Shown here piece by piece: positions 26,798 to 40,466 of a stretch of 64,000 bases of DNA. Below the pieces are notes generated by a model. The model was not told where the DNA came from. It did not search any database and was given only the letters and a program-made list of their open reading frames with translations. This DNA is from Escherichia coli (GTDB lineage Bacteria > Pseudomonadota > Gammaproteobacteria > Enterobacterales > Enterobacteriaceae): NCBI RefSeq assembly GCF_003790525.1, contig NZ_CP033635.1; one strand, written 5' to 3'. A program made the translations under genes and the position numbers. Position 1 is the stretch's first letter, and each line of letters starts with the position of its first letter.

Positions 26798-27340
26798 ATG
26801 GCGAAATCAGCACTGTTCACGGTGCGTAATAATGAGTCCTGCCCAAAGTGCGGGGCTGAACTGGTTATTCGATCCGGGAAACACGGTCCGTTTCTTGGAT
26901 GCTCACAGTATCCGGCGTGTGACTACGTCCGTCCTCTGAAATCTTCAGCGGATGGACATATTGTCAAAGTTCTGGAGGGGCAGGTTTGCCCTGCATGTGG
27001 CGCACATCTGGTATTACGCCAGGGACGCTTTGGTATGTTTATTGGTTGCAGTAACTACCCTGAATGCGAACATACCGAACTTATCGATAAACCGGACGAA
27101 ACAGCAATTACATGCCCCCAATGCCGGACGGGCCATCTGGTCCAGCGCCGCACCCGTTATGGCAAAACGTTTCACTCCTGTGATCGCTACCCGGAGTGTC
27201 AATTTGCCATTAACTTCAAACCCATAGCTGGAGAATGCCCTGAGTGTCATTATCCGCTACTCATCGAAAAGAAAACCGCGCAGGGTGTAAAACACTTTTG
27301 TGCCAGTAAACAATGTGGAAAGCCGGTTTCGGCGGAATAA
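26798..27340 (+). CDS. yrdD: topoisomerase-type C4 zinc-finger DNA-binding protein YrdD
   Basis: 180 aa with four repeated CxxC...CxxC modules (CPKCGA..., CPACGA..., CPQCRT..., CPECHY...). Confidence 0.88.
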   Translation: MAKSALFTVRNNESCPKCGAELVIRSGKHGPFLGCSQYPACDYVRPLKSSADGHIVKVLEGQVCPACGAHLVLRQGRFGMFIGCSNYPECEHTELIDKPDETAITCPQCRTGHLVQRRTRYGKTFHSCDRYPECQFAINFKPIAGECPECHYPLLIEKKTAQGVKHFCASKQCGKPVSAE

Positions 27341-27344
27341 TAAC

Positions 27345-27917
27345 GTGAATAATAACCTGCAAGGAGACGCTATCGCAGCTGCGATAGATGTCCTCAATGA
27401 AGAACGTGTCATCGCCTATCCAACGGAAGCCGTTTTCGGTGTCGGGTGCGATCCTGATAGCGAAACAGCAGTGATGCGACTGTTGGAGTTAAAACAGCGT
27501 CCGGTTGATAAGGGGCTGATTCTAATCGCCGCAAATTACGAGCAGCTTAAACCCTATATTGATGACACCATGCTGACTGACGCGCAGCGTGAAACTATAT
27601 TTTCTCGCTGGCCAGGTCCTGTCACCTTTGTTTTTCCCGCGCCTGCGACAACACCGCGCTGGTTGACGGGCCGCTTTGATTCGCTTGCTGTACGAGTCAC
27701 CGACCATCCGTTGGTGGTTGCTTTGTGCCAGGCTTATGGTAAACCGCTGGTTTCTACCAGTGCCAACTTGAGTGGATTGCCGCCTTGTCGAACAGTAGAC
27801 GAAGTTCGCGCACAATTTGGCGCGGCGTTCCCGGTTGTGCCTGGTGAAACGGGGGGGCGTTTAAATCCTTCAGAAATCCGCGATGCCCTGACGGGTGAAC
27901 TGTTTCGACAGGGGTAA
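27345..27917 (+). CDS. tsaC: threonylcarbamoyl-AMP synthase TsaC (190 aa, GTG start)
   Basis: ORF-track frame 27300..27917 trimmed to GTG at 27345, 5 bp after the yrdD stop: (M)[37 protein letters not shown]... Confidence 0.9.
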
Positions 27918-27921
27918 CATA

Positions 27922-28740
27922 ATGGAAACCTATGCTGTTTTTGGTAATCCGATAGCCCACAGCAAATCGCCATTCATTCATCAGCAATTTGCTCAGCAAC
28001 TGAATATTGAACATCCCTATGGGCGCGTGTTGGCACCCATCAATGATTTCATCAACACACTGAACGCTTTCTTTAGTGCTGGTGGTAAAGGTGCGAATGT
28101 GACGGTACCTTTTAAAGAAGAGGCTTTTGCCAGAGCGGATGAGCTTACTGAACGGGCAACGTTGGCTGGTGCTGTTAATACCCTCAAGCGGTTAGAAGAT
28201 GGACGCCTGCTGGGTGACAATACCGATGGTATAGGTTTGTTAAGCGATCTGGAACGTCTGTCTTTTATCCGTCCTGGTTTACGTATTCTGCTCATTGGCG
28301 CTGGTGGAGCATCTCGCGGCGTACTACTGCCACTCCTTTCCCTGGACTGTGCGGTGACAATCACTAATCGGACGGTATCCCGCGCGGAAGAGTTGGCTAA
28401 ATTGTTTGCGCACACTGGCAGTATTCACGCGTTGGGTATGGACGAACTGGAAGGTCATGAGTTCGATCTCATTATTAATGCAACATCCAGTGGCATCAGT
28501 GGTGATATTCCCGCGATCCCGGCATCGCTCATTCATTCAGGCATGTGTTGCTATGACATGTTCTATCAGAAAGGAAAAACACCTTTTCTGGCATGGTGTG
28601 AGCTGCGAGGTTCAAAGCGTAATGCGGATGGATTGGGGATGCTGGTGGCACAGGCGGCTCATGCCTTTCTTCTCTGGCACGGTGTTCTGCCTGACATAGA
28701 ACCAGTTATAAAGCAATTGCAGGAGGAGTTGTCCGCGTGA
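27922..28740 (+). CDS. aroE: shikimate dehydrogenase (272 aa)
   Basis: ORF-track frame trimmed to ATG at 27922: [36 protein letters not shown]... Confidence 0.95.
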   Translation: METYAVFGNPIAHSKSPFIHQQFAQQLNIEHPYGRVLAPINDFINTLNAFFSAGGKGANVTVPFKEEAFARADELTERATLAGAVNTLKRLEDGRLLGDNTDGIGLLSDLERLSFIRPGLRILLIGAGGASRGVLLPLLSLDCAVTITNRTVSRAEELAKLFAHTGSIHALGMDELEGHEFDLIINATSSGISGDIPAIPASLIHSGMCCYDMFYQKGKTPFLAWCELRGSKRNADGLGMLVAQAAHAFLLWHGVLPDIEPVIKQLQEELSA

Positions 28741-28994
28741 ATCAGGCCATCCAGTTTCCGGACAGGGAAGAGTGGAACGAGAGTAAAAAATGCGTTTGTT
28801 TTCCCGCTCTTGTAAATGGTATGCAGCTCACTTGCGCTATTACTGGAGAGAGTCTGGCGAACCGCTTTGCAGGAGATACGCCAGAACAGTGGTTAGCGAG
28901 TTTTCGTCAGCATCGCTGGGACCTGGAAGAAGAAGCGGAAAACTTAATTCAGGAACAAAGTGAAGATGATCAAGGTTGGGTGTGGTTACCCTGA
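28737..28994 (+). CDS. yrdB: DUF1488 protein YrdB
   Basis: 85 aa, [44 protein letters not shown]...; overlaps the aroE stop. Confidence 0.85.
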   Translation: MNQAIQFPDREEWNESKKCVCFPALVNGMQLTCAITGESLANRFAGDTPEQWLASFRQHRWDLEEEAENLIQEQSEDDQGWVWLP

Positions 28995-29524
28995 TCCATA
29001 TATTCGTCCTTCCATTTCACGTAGTTATTTGCGGAATAGCGTAACCCAGCCTTCTCTTCATCACTTAACGGGCGGATCTGTTTGACGGGGCTACCGAGAT
29101 ACAGATATCCGCTCTCCAGCCGTTTATTTTGTGGGACCAGGCTACCCGCACCAATCATCACATCATCTTCTACTATTGCGCCATCAAGTAAAATTGAGCC
29201 CATCCCAACCAAAACTCGATTGCCAATGGTGCAGCCGTGGAGCATCACCTTGTGACCAACAGTGACATCTTCGCCAATGGTTAATGGGTTGCCAGCTGGG
29301 TTGTACGAGGATTTATGAGTGACATGCAACATACTGCCATCCTGGATATTGGTGCGTGCTCCGATCTGTACATAATGTACATCTCCACGAATCACAACGA
29401 GCGGCCAGATCCCCACATCATCAGCCAGACGAACGTCACCAATCACGACGCTGCTATCGTCGATCATTACGCGCTGACCGATTTGTGGAAAAAGATCGCG
29501 GTATGGGCGTAAAACATCAGACAT
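28970..29524 (-). CDS. yrdA: gamma-carbonic-anhydrase-like hexapeptide-repeat protein YrdA (184 aa)
   Basis: ORF-track frame 28970..29851 trimmed to ATG at 29524: MSDVLRPYRDLFPQIGQRVMIDDSSVVIGDVRLADDVGIWPLVVIRGDVHYVQIG...; the upstream extension would run into the rrn promoter region. Confidence 0.9.
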   Translation of the reverse strand: MSDVLRPYRDLFPQIGQRVMIDDSSVVIGDVRLADDVGIWPLVVIRGDVHYVQIGARTNIQDGSMLHVTHKSSYNPAGNPLTIGEDVTVGHKVMLHGCTIGNRVLVGMGSILLDGAIVEDDVMIGAGSLVPQNKRLESGYLYLGSPVKQIRPLSDEEKAGLRYSANNYVKWKDEYMDQGNHTQP

Positions 29525-29676
29525 ACTCACCTCAACAATAAATGATTTCCTAATGACTTTGGGTGTATTATTGGCCTTGTGCAAGTCTTTTAGCATGCAA
29601 AAAAGCACCGTTTTGTGTGCGAATGCAGCAAAAAGGGTGAAAAAGCAACAAACAGAAAAAAAGATCAAAAAAGTAC

Positions 29677-29704
29677 TTGTGCAAAAAATTGGGATCCCTA
29701 TAAT
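29677..29704 (+). promoter_or_regulatory. rrn P1 promoter (-35 TTGTGC, 16-bp spacer, -10 TATAAT, GCGC discriminator) with A-rich UP element upstream
   Basis: ttgtgc at 29677-29682 and tataat at 29699-29704 followed by gcgcctcc; A-tract 29650-29672 in UP-element position. Confidence 0.8.
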
Positions 29705-29784
29705 GCGCCTCCGTTGAGACGACAACGTGAAACACTTCACAAGATGGTCGTAACAACAAAGAGAAAAAATCCTGAAATTCAGGG

Positions 29785-29812
29785 TTGACTCTGAAAGAGG
29801 AAAGCGTAATAT
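29785..29812 (+). promoter_or_regulatory. rrn P2 promoter (-35 TTGACT, 16-bp spacer, -10 TAATAT)
   Basis: ttgact at 29785-29790 and taatat at 29807-29812, about 110 bp downstream of P1. Confidence 0.75.
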
Positions 29813-29852
29813 ACGCCACCTCGCGACAGTGAGCTGAAGGCCGCGTCGCAAC

Positions 29853-29865
29853 TGCTCTTTAACAA
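29853..29865 (+). promoter_or_regulatory. rrn leader boxA antitermination element
   Basis: TGCTCTTTAACAA matches the boxA consensus; a second copy (tgctctttaaaaa) lies in the 16S-23S spacer at 31865-31877. Confidence 0.85.
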
Positions 29866-29996
29866 TTTATCAGACAATCTGTGTGGGCACTCGAAGATAC
29901 GGATTCTTAACGTCGCAAGACGAAAAATGAATACCAAGTCTCAAGAGTGAACACGTAATTCATTACGAAGTTTAATTCTTTGAGCATCAAACTTTT

Positions 29997-31538
<1,542 letters not shown>

Positions 31539-31606
31539 CCTTAAAGAAGCGTTCTTTGAAGTGCTCACACAGATTGTCTGATGAAAATGAGCAGTAAAAC
31601 CTCTAC

Positions 31607-31683
<77 letters not shown>

Positions 31684-31725
31684 AATTTGCACCGCAAATT
31701 TGAAGAGGTTTTAACTACATGTTAT

Positions 31726-31801
31726 GGGGCTATAGCTCAGCTGGGAGAGCGCCTGCTTTGCACGCAGGAGGTCTGCGGTTCGATCCCGCATAGCTCCACC
31801 A
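31726..31801 (+). tRNA. alaU: tRNA-Ala (UGC anticodon)
   Basis: GGGGCTATAGCTCAGCTGGGAGAGCGCCTGCTTTGCACGCAGGAGGTCTGCGGTTCGATCCCGCATAGCTCCACCA. Confidence 0.97.
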
Positions 31802-31984
31802 TCTCTGTAGTGATTAAATAAAAAATACTTCAGAGTGTACCTGCAAAGGTTCACTGCGAAGTTTTGCTCTTTAAAAATCTGGATCAAGCTGAAAATTGAA
31901 ACACTGAACAACGAAAGTTGTTCGTGAGTCTCTCAAATTTTCGCAACACGATGATGAGTCGAAAGAAACATCTTCGGGTTGTGA

Positions 31985-34888
<2,904 letters not shown>

Positions 34889-34982
34889 ACAACGCCGAAG
34901 ATGTTTTGGCGGAAGAGACATCGATAAGTAAGCTTGATAACAGATTAAATCAGACCGCAGAAGCGGTCTGATAAACAGAATT

Positions 34983-35102
34983 TGCCTGGCGGCCTTAGCG
35001 CGGTGGTCCCACCTGACCCCATGCCGAACTCAGAAGTGAAACGCCGTAGCGCCGATGCTAGTGTGGGGTCTCCCCATGCGAGAGTAGGGAACTGCCAGGC
35101 AT
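34983..35102 (+). rRNA. rrfD: 5S ribosomal RNA, copy 1 (120 nt)
   Basis: TGCCTGGCGGCCTTAGCGCGGTGG...GGGAACTGCCAGGCAT; differs from canonical E. coli 5S at two positions (ggccTtagcg, gatgCtagtg). Confidence 0.96.
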
Positions 35103-35114
35103 CAAATTTAGCGT

Positions 35115-35190
35115 GCTGATATGGCTCAGTTGGTAGAGCGCACCCTTGGTAAGGGTGAGGTCCCCAGTTCGACTCTGGGTATCAGCACCA
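35115..35190 (+). tRNA. thrV: tRNA-Thr (GGU anticodon)
   Basis: GCTGATATGGCTCAGTTGGTAGAGCGCACCCTTGGTAAGGGTGAGGTCCCCAGTTCGACTCTGGGTATCAGCACCA. Confidence 0.97.
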
Positions 35191-35227
35191 CTTTTTAGGT
35201 TAAAGTTCGGCAGATTAGAAAAGAATT

Positions 35228-35347
35228 TGTCTGGCGGCAGTAGCGCGGTGGTCCCACCTGACCCCATGCCGAACTCAGAAGTGAAACGCCGTAGCGCCGA
35301 TGGTAGTGTGGGGTCTCCCCATGCGAGAGTAGGGAACTGCCAGACAT
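35228..35347 (+). rRNA. rrfF: 5S ribosomal RNA, copy 2 (120 nt)
   Basis: TGTCTGGCGGCAGTAGCGCGGTGG...GGGAACTGCCAGACAT; a second 5S after tRNA-Thr is the rrnD-specific arrangement. Confidence 0.96.
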
Positions 35348-35358
35348 CAAATCAAGCG

Positions 35359-35386
35359 AAAGGCCATCCAAAAGGATGGCCTTTTT
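35359..35386 (+). terminator. rho-independent terminator of the rRNA operon (also faces the yhdZ 3' end)
   Basis: AAAGGCCATCC-aaaa-GGATGGCCTTTTT, 12 bp after the second 5S. Confidence 0.9.
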
Positions 35387-35408
35387 GCGTTTCGAATCTA
35401 TGTACAAC

Positions 35409-36167
35409 TTAATGGATAACCTGCGATAAAAATGCCCTCGTACGCTCCGATTTAGGATGCGCAAAAAATTCATCAGGTGTAGCTTGTTCCACTATCTCCC
35501 CACGATCCATAAAAATCACCCGGTCAGCGACGGTTCGTGCAAACCCCATCTCGTGCGTTACGCACAACATTGTCATACCTGACTGCGCCAGCCCAATCAT
35601 TGTATCCAGCACTTCTTTCACCATCTCCGGATCGAGCGCAGACGTAGGTTCGTCAAACAGCATGATCTTTGGTTTCATACAAAGTGAACGTGCTATGGCA
35701 ACGCGTTGCTGCTGACCACCTGAAATCTGTCCGGGAAACTTATGCGCATGTTCGGCAATTCTCACCCGCTCAAGGTAATGCATCGCCAGAGCTTCAGCCT
35801 CTTTCTTTGGCATCTTGCGTACCCAAATCGGTGCCAGGGTACAGTTCTGTAGAACGGTCAGATGAGGGAAGAGATTGAAATGCTGAAAGACCATTCCCAC
35901 TTCCTGCCTGACGCGCTCAATATTGCGAATATCTTCGTTAAGCTCGATGCCATCTACCACGATCTGTCCCTGTTGGTGTTCTTCCAGATGATTAATACAA
36001 CGAATGGTTGTCGATTTACCGGAACCAGAAGGGCCACACAGAACGATCCGTTCTCCCGGTTGCACGGTTAAATTTATATTTTTCAAAACATGGAATTGCC
36101 CATACCATTTATTGACGTTTTCCAGCGTAATCATCGCGTTAGCAGGTTGCAGTAAAATTTGGCTCAT
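35409..36167 (-). CDS. yhdZ: polar amino-acid ABC transporter ATP-binding protein
   Basis: 252 aa with Walker [13 protein letters not shown] signature [14 protein letters not shown] and Walker [13 protein letters not shown]. Confidence 0.95.
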   Translation of the reverse strand: MSQILLQPANAMITLENVNKWYGQFHVLKNINLTVQPGERIVLCGPSGSGKSTTIRCINHLEEHQQGQIVVDGIELNEDIRNIERVRQEVGMVFQHFNLFPHLTVLQNCTLAPIWVRKMPKKEAEALAMHYLERVRIAEHAHKFPGQISGGQQQRVAIARSLCMKPKIMLFDEPTSALDPEMVKEVLDTMIGLAQSGMTMLCVTHEMGFARTVADRVIFMDRGEIVEQATPDEFFAHPKSERTRAFLSQVIH

Positions 36168-36174
36168 AGTGTCC

Positions 36175-37278
36175 TCAATGCGGTGTACGCCCGGTGTTAA
36201 AACGTTTTTCCAGATGCTGGCTATAGCGCGACATGCTGAAACAGAAGATCCAGTAGATCAGTGCGGCGAAAACATACCCTTCCGTCGACATACCCAACCA
36301 GGCGGGATCAACGGTTGCCTGCTGAACGCTACTGAAAAGATCGAACAACCCGATGATGATCACCAGGCTGGTATCTTTGAAGAGTGCGATGATGGTATTT
36401 ACCAGCCCAGGAATCACCAGCTTCAACGCCTGTGGCAGAATAACCAGCCCCTGGGTTTTCCAGTAACCCAACGCCAGCGACTCTGCCGCTTCATATTGCC
36501 CTTTAGGCAGCGCCTGTAATCCGCCTCGCACGACTTCCGCAACATATGCTGACTGAAACAGGATCACGCCAACCAGCGCGCGGATCAATTTGTCGATACT
36601 GGTGCCTTCTGCCATAAACAACGGCAGCATGACCGAAGACATAAACAGAACGGTAATCAGCGGTACACCGCGCCAGAACTCGATAAAAATGACCGATAAG
36701 ATACGCACAATCGGCATATGGGAGCGACGACCTAACGCCAGTAAGATCCCCCACGGCAGCGCCCCCGCAATCCCAACTGATGCAATAATTAAAGTTAGCG
36801 TCAGCCCGCCCCATTGCCGGGTTTCAACCCGCTCAAGACCAAGAAACCCGCCATACATCAGCCACCAGACAATCAGTGGGTAAATCACCGCCCATACCGC
36901 AATATAGCGACCGCGATACGGGAGTATTTTCCAGAACATTGGTGCGATCGATACAAGCCCAATCAGTAATGCCAGGTTAATTCGCCAGCGTTGGTCGTGT
37001 GGGTAAAGCCCATACATAAACTGACCAAATCGTTCGTGGATGAAGACCCAACAGGCACCGGCTTTTGTGCAGTCGGCACGCGTTGAGCCAACCCAGTTAG
37101 CTTGCAAAAATGCCCAGTTCAGCAACGGTGGGATCAGTTCCCACATCAACCATATGCAGCCAATAGTCAGCAGGCTATTGCTCAAGCTGGAGAACAGATT
37201 TTTTCGCACCCACACCATCGCGCGGCTTGAGTTATGGCTCGCCGGGCGCGGGGGATGAGACAGCAATACTTTTGTCAT
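36175..37278 (-). CDS. yhdY: amino-acid ABC transporter permease
   Basis: Multi-pass membrane ORF; of two adjacent ATGs (37281, 37278) the second has better spacing from the AAGGAG RBS; EAA-loop-type permease sequence. Confidence 0.9.
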   Translation of the reverse strand: MTKVLLSHPPRPASHNSSRAMVWVRKNLFSSLSNSLLTIGCIWLMWELIPPLLNWAFLQANWVGSTRADCTKAGACWVFIHERFGQFMYGLYPHDQRWRINLALLIGLVSIAPMFWKILPYRGRYIAVWAVIYPLIVWWLMYGGFLGLERVETRQWGGLTLTLIIASVGIAGALPWGILLALGRRSHMPIVRILSVIFIEFWRGVPLITVLFMSSVMLPLFMAEGTSIDKLIRALVGVILFQSAYVAEVVRGGLQALPKGQYEAAESLALGYWKTQGLVILPQALKLVIPGLVNTIIALFKDTSLVIIIGLFDLFSSVQQATVDPAWLGMSTEGYVFAALIYWIFCFSMSRYSQHLEKRFNTGRTPH

Positions 37279-37287
37279 CATGACTCC

Positions 37288-38469
37288 TTAGCGTTCAACG
37301 ATCGCGATGCGGCGGTTATAGATATTCATCAGCAGCGAGATAGTCAGGCTGATAATCAGATAGACCGACATGGTCATGGCTATCGTCTCGATGGCTTGCC
37401 CCGTTTGGTTCAGCACGGTGCCAGCAAACAGCGAAACCATATCGGGATAGCCAATAGCGGCGGCAAGAGAGGAGTTCTTGACGATGTTGAGATACTGGCT
37501 GGTTAACGGTGGAATAATCACCCGCAATGCCTGGGGAATAATGACCTGGCGTAGCGTGACCGGATTGGGTAATCCCAGTGACCGAGCTGCTTCATGTTGA
37601 CCATAAGGCACTGCCTGGATCCCTGCGCGGATAATTTCGGCGATAAATGCAGAAGTATAAACCGAAAGCGCCAGCGTTAAGGCTGCCAGTTCAGGAATTA
37701 AAACCATCCCGCCGCGGAAATTAAAGCCTCGAAGGGCTGGGACATCCCAGTGTAGTGCTGCGCCAAAAAGCCATTGCGCCAGTAAAGGCAAACCAATGAT
37801 CAACACTGCGGCGATCGGCCAGGTGCGGCGCAGTTGTCCGGTTTTTATCTGGTATGTTTTATTAAAGCGGAATAGCCCAACAGAAAGGACTATAGCCATA
37901 ACAACAGCCAGGATAAACGCAATAAATCCGTCTCCCAGCTGCGGCGACGGAATATAAAGCCCACGATTGCTCAAAAAGGCCAGATCAAACGCACTCACTG
38001 CCTGGCGTGGTCCGGGCAAATTGCGCAGCACGGCAAAGTACCAGAAGAAGATTTGCAGCAGCGGCGGAATATTACGGAAGATCTCAATATAAATTGTGGA
38101 AAGCTTTCGTAGCAGCCAGTTATCCGAAAGTCGCGCCAGACCGATAAAGAAGCCCAGAACAGAAGCGAATACAATACACAATGCAGAAACCAGTAGCGTA
38201 TTGAGTAAGCCAACAATGAAAACGCGTCCGTAGGTATCACCCTGCTGGTAATCGATCAAATGCTGGACAATACCGAAGCCAGCGCCGCGATCCAGAAAGG
38301 CAAAACCTGAAGTAATGCCACGATTACTGAGATTCGTCACAGTGTTGTGAAATAGCCAACCAACAATGCCAACAACAGCAACAACGGCAAGGATCTGGAA
38401 TAACCAGGCGCGAACCGTAGGGTTGGCAAAGGAGAGTGAGCCTTTAACGGTTGAGCGGCGATGAGACAT
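37288..38469 (-). CDS. yhdX: amino-acid ABC transporter permease (393 aa)
   Basis: ORF-track frame 37288..38487 trimmed to the ATG at 38469 (MSHRRSTVKGSLSFANPTVRAWLFQILAVV...). Confidence 0.9.
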   Translation of the reverse strand: MSHRRSTVKGSLSFANPTVRAWLFQILAVVAVVGIVGWLFHNTVTNLSNRGITSGFAFLDRGAGFGIVQHLIDYQQGDTYGRVFIVGLLNTLLVSALCIVFASVLGFFIGLARLSDNWLLRKLSTIYIEIFRNIPPLLQIFFWYFAVLRNLPGPRQAVSAFDLAFLSNRGLYIPSPQLGDGFIAFILAVVMAIVLSVGLFRFNKTYQIKTGQLRRTWPIAAVLIIGLPLLAQWLFGAALHWDVPALRGFNFRGGMVLIPELAALTLALSVYTSAFIAEIIRAGIQAVPYGQHEAARSLGLPNPVTLRQVIIPQALRVIIPPLTSQYLNIVKNSSLAAAIGYPDMVSLFAGTVLNQTGQAIETIAMTMSVYLIISLTISLLMNIYNRRIAIVER

Positions 38470-38536
38470 AGAAACCTCGGAAAGCATAACGCTGAAGAGA
38501 GCGCCGCCGTAGCGACGCTCGTTACCTCACACCGAC

Positions 38537-39562
38537 TTAACGCACGGGCGGCGCGTACTGAATTCCGCCGTTATTCCAGAGATTATTTTGCCCACGTTTA
38601 ATTTTCAGCGGGCTTTCTGAACCTACGTTACGCTCAAAAATTTCCGAGTAGTTACCCACCTGTTTGATGATGTTGTAAGCCCATTTATTATCCAGCTTCA
38701 GATCCTTGCCGTAATCGCCTTCTTTACCCAGCAGATGTGCCATATCAGGCGTTGCCGGATTAGCCGCTTTTTCATCGACGTTCTGGGAATTGATGCCCAT
38801 CTCTTCAGCATTCAGCATGGCGAAAAGCGTCCAGCGTACAATCGAGAACCATTCATCATCGCCACGGCGAACTACCGGCCCAAGCGGTTCTTTGGAGATA
38901 ACTTCCGGTAAGACAATCCATTCAGCCGGGTTGCTTAATTTGATGCGCAGGGCATACAGTTGTGATTGATCCGAGGCCAGCGTATCGCAGCGACCAGATT
39001 CCAGTGCCTTCGCTGATTCGTCAGAGCGATCGAAAGTCACTGGTGTGTACTTCATATTGTTTGCCTTAAAGTAATCGGCAACGTTGAGTTCGGTATCAGT
39101 ACCCGCCTGAATACAGACGGTAGCGCCATCCAGTTCTTTCGCGCTTTTTAGTCCCGCTTTATCGTGAGTCAGGAAGCCAATGCCGTCGTAATAAGTGACG
39201 CCGGTAAATGCCATTCCCATCCCGGCATCGCGAGATGAAGTCCAGGTCGTATTACGGGAGAGCAAATCCACCTCCCCTGACTGTAAAGCGGTGAAGCGTT
39301 CTTTTGCAGTGAGCGGGGTATATTTCACTTTCGTGTCGTCACCAAATACAGCAGCGGCAACACCACGACAAATATCAACATCAATACCTGAAAATTTACC
39401 GTCAGCATCGGCATAAGAGAACCCAGGTAATCCATCACTGATCCCGCATTGCACAAAACCTTTTTTCTGTACGGCATCAAGCGTCGCGCCAGCATGCGCC
39501 TGATTTGCAACGGCAAGCAGCACGCTGGCGGCAGCCAGTGTGGCTATCATCATCTTTTTCAT
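38537..39562 (-). CDS. yhdW: periplasmic amino-acid-binding protein of the YhdWXYZ ABC transporter (341 aa, intact)
   Basis: ORF-track frame trimmed to the ATG at 39562, giving MKKMMIATLAAASVLLAVANQAHA (signal peptide) followed by a solute-binding-protein fold. Confidence 0.9.
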   Translation of the reverse strand: MKKMMIATLAAASVLLAVANQAHAGATLDAVQKKGFVQCGISDGLPGFSYADADGKFSGIDVDICRGVAAAVFGDDTKVKYTPLTAKERFTALQSGEVDLLSRNTTWTSSRDAGMGMAFTGVTYYDGIGFLTHDKAGLKSAKELDGATVCIQAGTDTELNVADYFKANNMKYTPVTFDRSDESAKALESGRCDTLASDQSQLYALRIKLSNPAEWIVLPEVISKEPLGPVVRRGDDEWFSIVRWTLFAMLNAEEMGINSQNVDEKAANPATPDMAHLLGKEGDYGKDLKLDNKWAYNIIKQVGNYSEIFERNVGSESPLKIKRGQNNLWNNGGIQYAPPVR

Positions 39563-39642
39563 AATGCTTCCTGTGAGGCGAAAATTATCGTTATAGGACA
39601 TTTGGGAAACGTCTTTTACCTGTCTGTGGCCATCCTCTTATA

Positions 39643-39658
39643 AGCAAAAGTAGTGCCA
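39643..39658 (-). promoter_or_regulatory. sigma-54-type promoter for yhdWXYZ (TGGCAC-N5-TTGCT)
   Basis: Minus-strand reading cTGGCACtacttTTGCTta with GG and GC 11 nt apart, about 80 nt upstream of the yhdW ATG; a dyad TGCGCCA-N5-TGGCGCA lies about 100 bp further upstream (39748-39766). Confidence 0.6.
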
Positions 39659-39992
39659 GTTTTTGCGCACGATTTCGCGTCGCAATAAGCTGAGTGTAGA
39701 CAGGAAATAATAAAAACAGCGCCCCGCAATGGTGCGAAAATGAAACATGCGCCACATTTTGGCGCAAAATATTTACGCGTTTTTTACTAAGCAGAATAAT
39801 GATTGTTAGCGTGAGTATAATTCTGGTGGGAAGTGTGAAAATTAAATTGATGCGTTATTTCGAAAGCAGCGAAATAACGCGATATAACATGCTAAATCAG
39901 CAGGGAATTAGCCAGCAGAATATAGCAATATTTTATCTTATGGTGAGATACTGTATCGTTAAACAGAGCGCGGTACTCCGCGCTCTGTTCAG

Positions 39993-40214
39993 TTATTTCG
40001 ACAGAGCGATGATCCCCATCGTCAGGCCAGCAACAGCTGCTGCCCCGCCAGCAATAGCCCCAGCCGTTTCCCAGTTATCCTGAGTCGTGCCTTTCATACA
40101 GGTATTGGTGTGAACCAGTCGCCCCTGATCATCATAAACCGGAACGCAGGGCGAATCGTGAGCACAGCCCGCCAGCAATGCGGTGAGCAATGCCACAGGA
40201 ATTAATCTTTTCAT
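39993..40214 (-). CDS. yhdV: small lipoprotein YhdV
   Basis: 73 aa, MKRLIPVALLTALLAGCAHDS... (lipobox LAGC), Gly/Ala-rich C-terminus. Confidence 0.85.
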   Translation of the reverse strand: MKRLIPVALLTALLAGCAHDSPCVPVYDDQGRLVHTNTCMKGTTQDNWETAGAIAGGAAAVAGLTMGIIALSK

Positions 40215-40433
40215 GGTGTTACCTCAGTAATAAACGCTAACGCTTAATAAGTTAACTCTCTTATTAACGAGCTGAATGCCATTTTATCACCGGAGGTTAT
40301 AAATCTTGCGGAATGAATAATGACAAATTATGTGAATTGTAAAAATAGTGAAGGGAGCGGGAACTATAGAAAGTTTTTAAAGAGTGAGAAGAAGAATATC
40401 TTATTAATTTTTATGGGTTTCACTGAAAATAAT

Positions 40434-40455
40434 AAAGGCACCCGAAAGTGCCTTT
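40434..40455 (-). terminator. hairpin terminator downstream of acrF
   Basis: AAAGGCAC-ccgaaa-GTGCCTTT, 12 bp beyond the acrF stop, flanked by A/T runs. Confidence 0.75.
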
Positions 40456-40466
40456 ATGTTTCTGAT

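Noticed and set aside
29568..29851. ORF-track frame extending yrdA to 293 aa, and small ORFs over the rrn promoter region
   Set aside because: The extended frame runs through the rrn P1/P2 promoters and UP element. The conserved YrdA begins at the internal ATG (29524), and the upstream part has no protein-like features.
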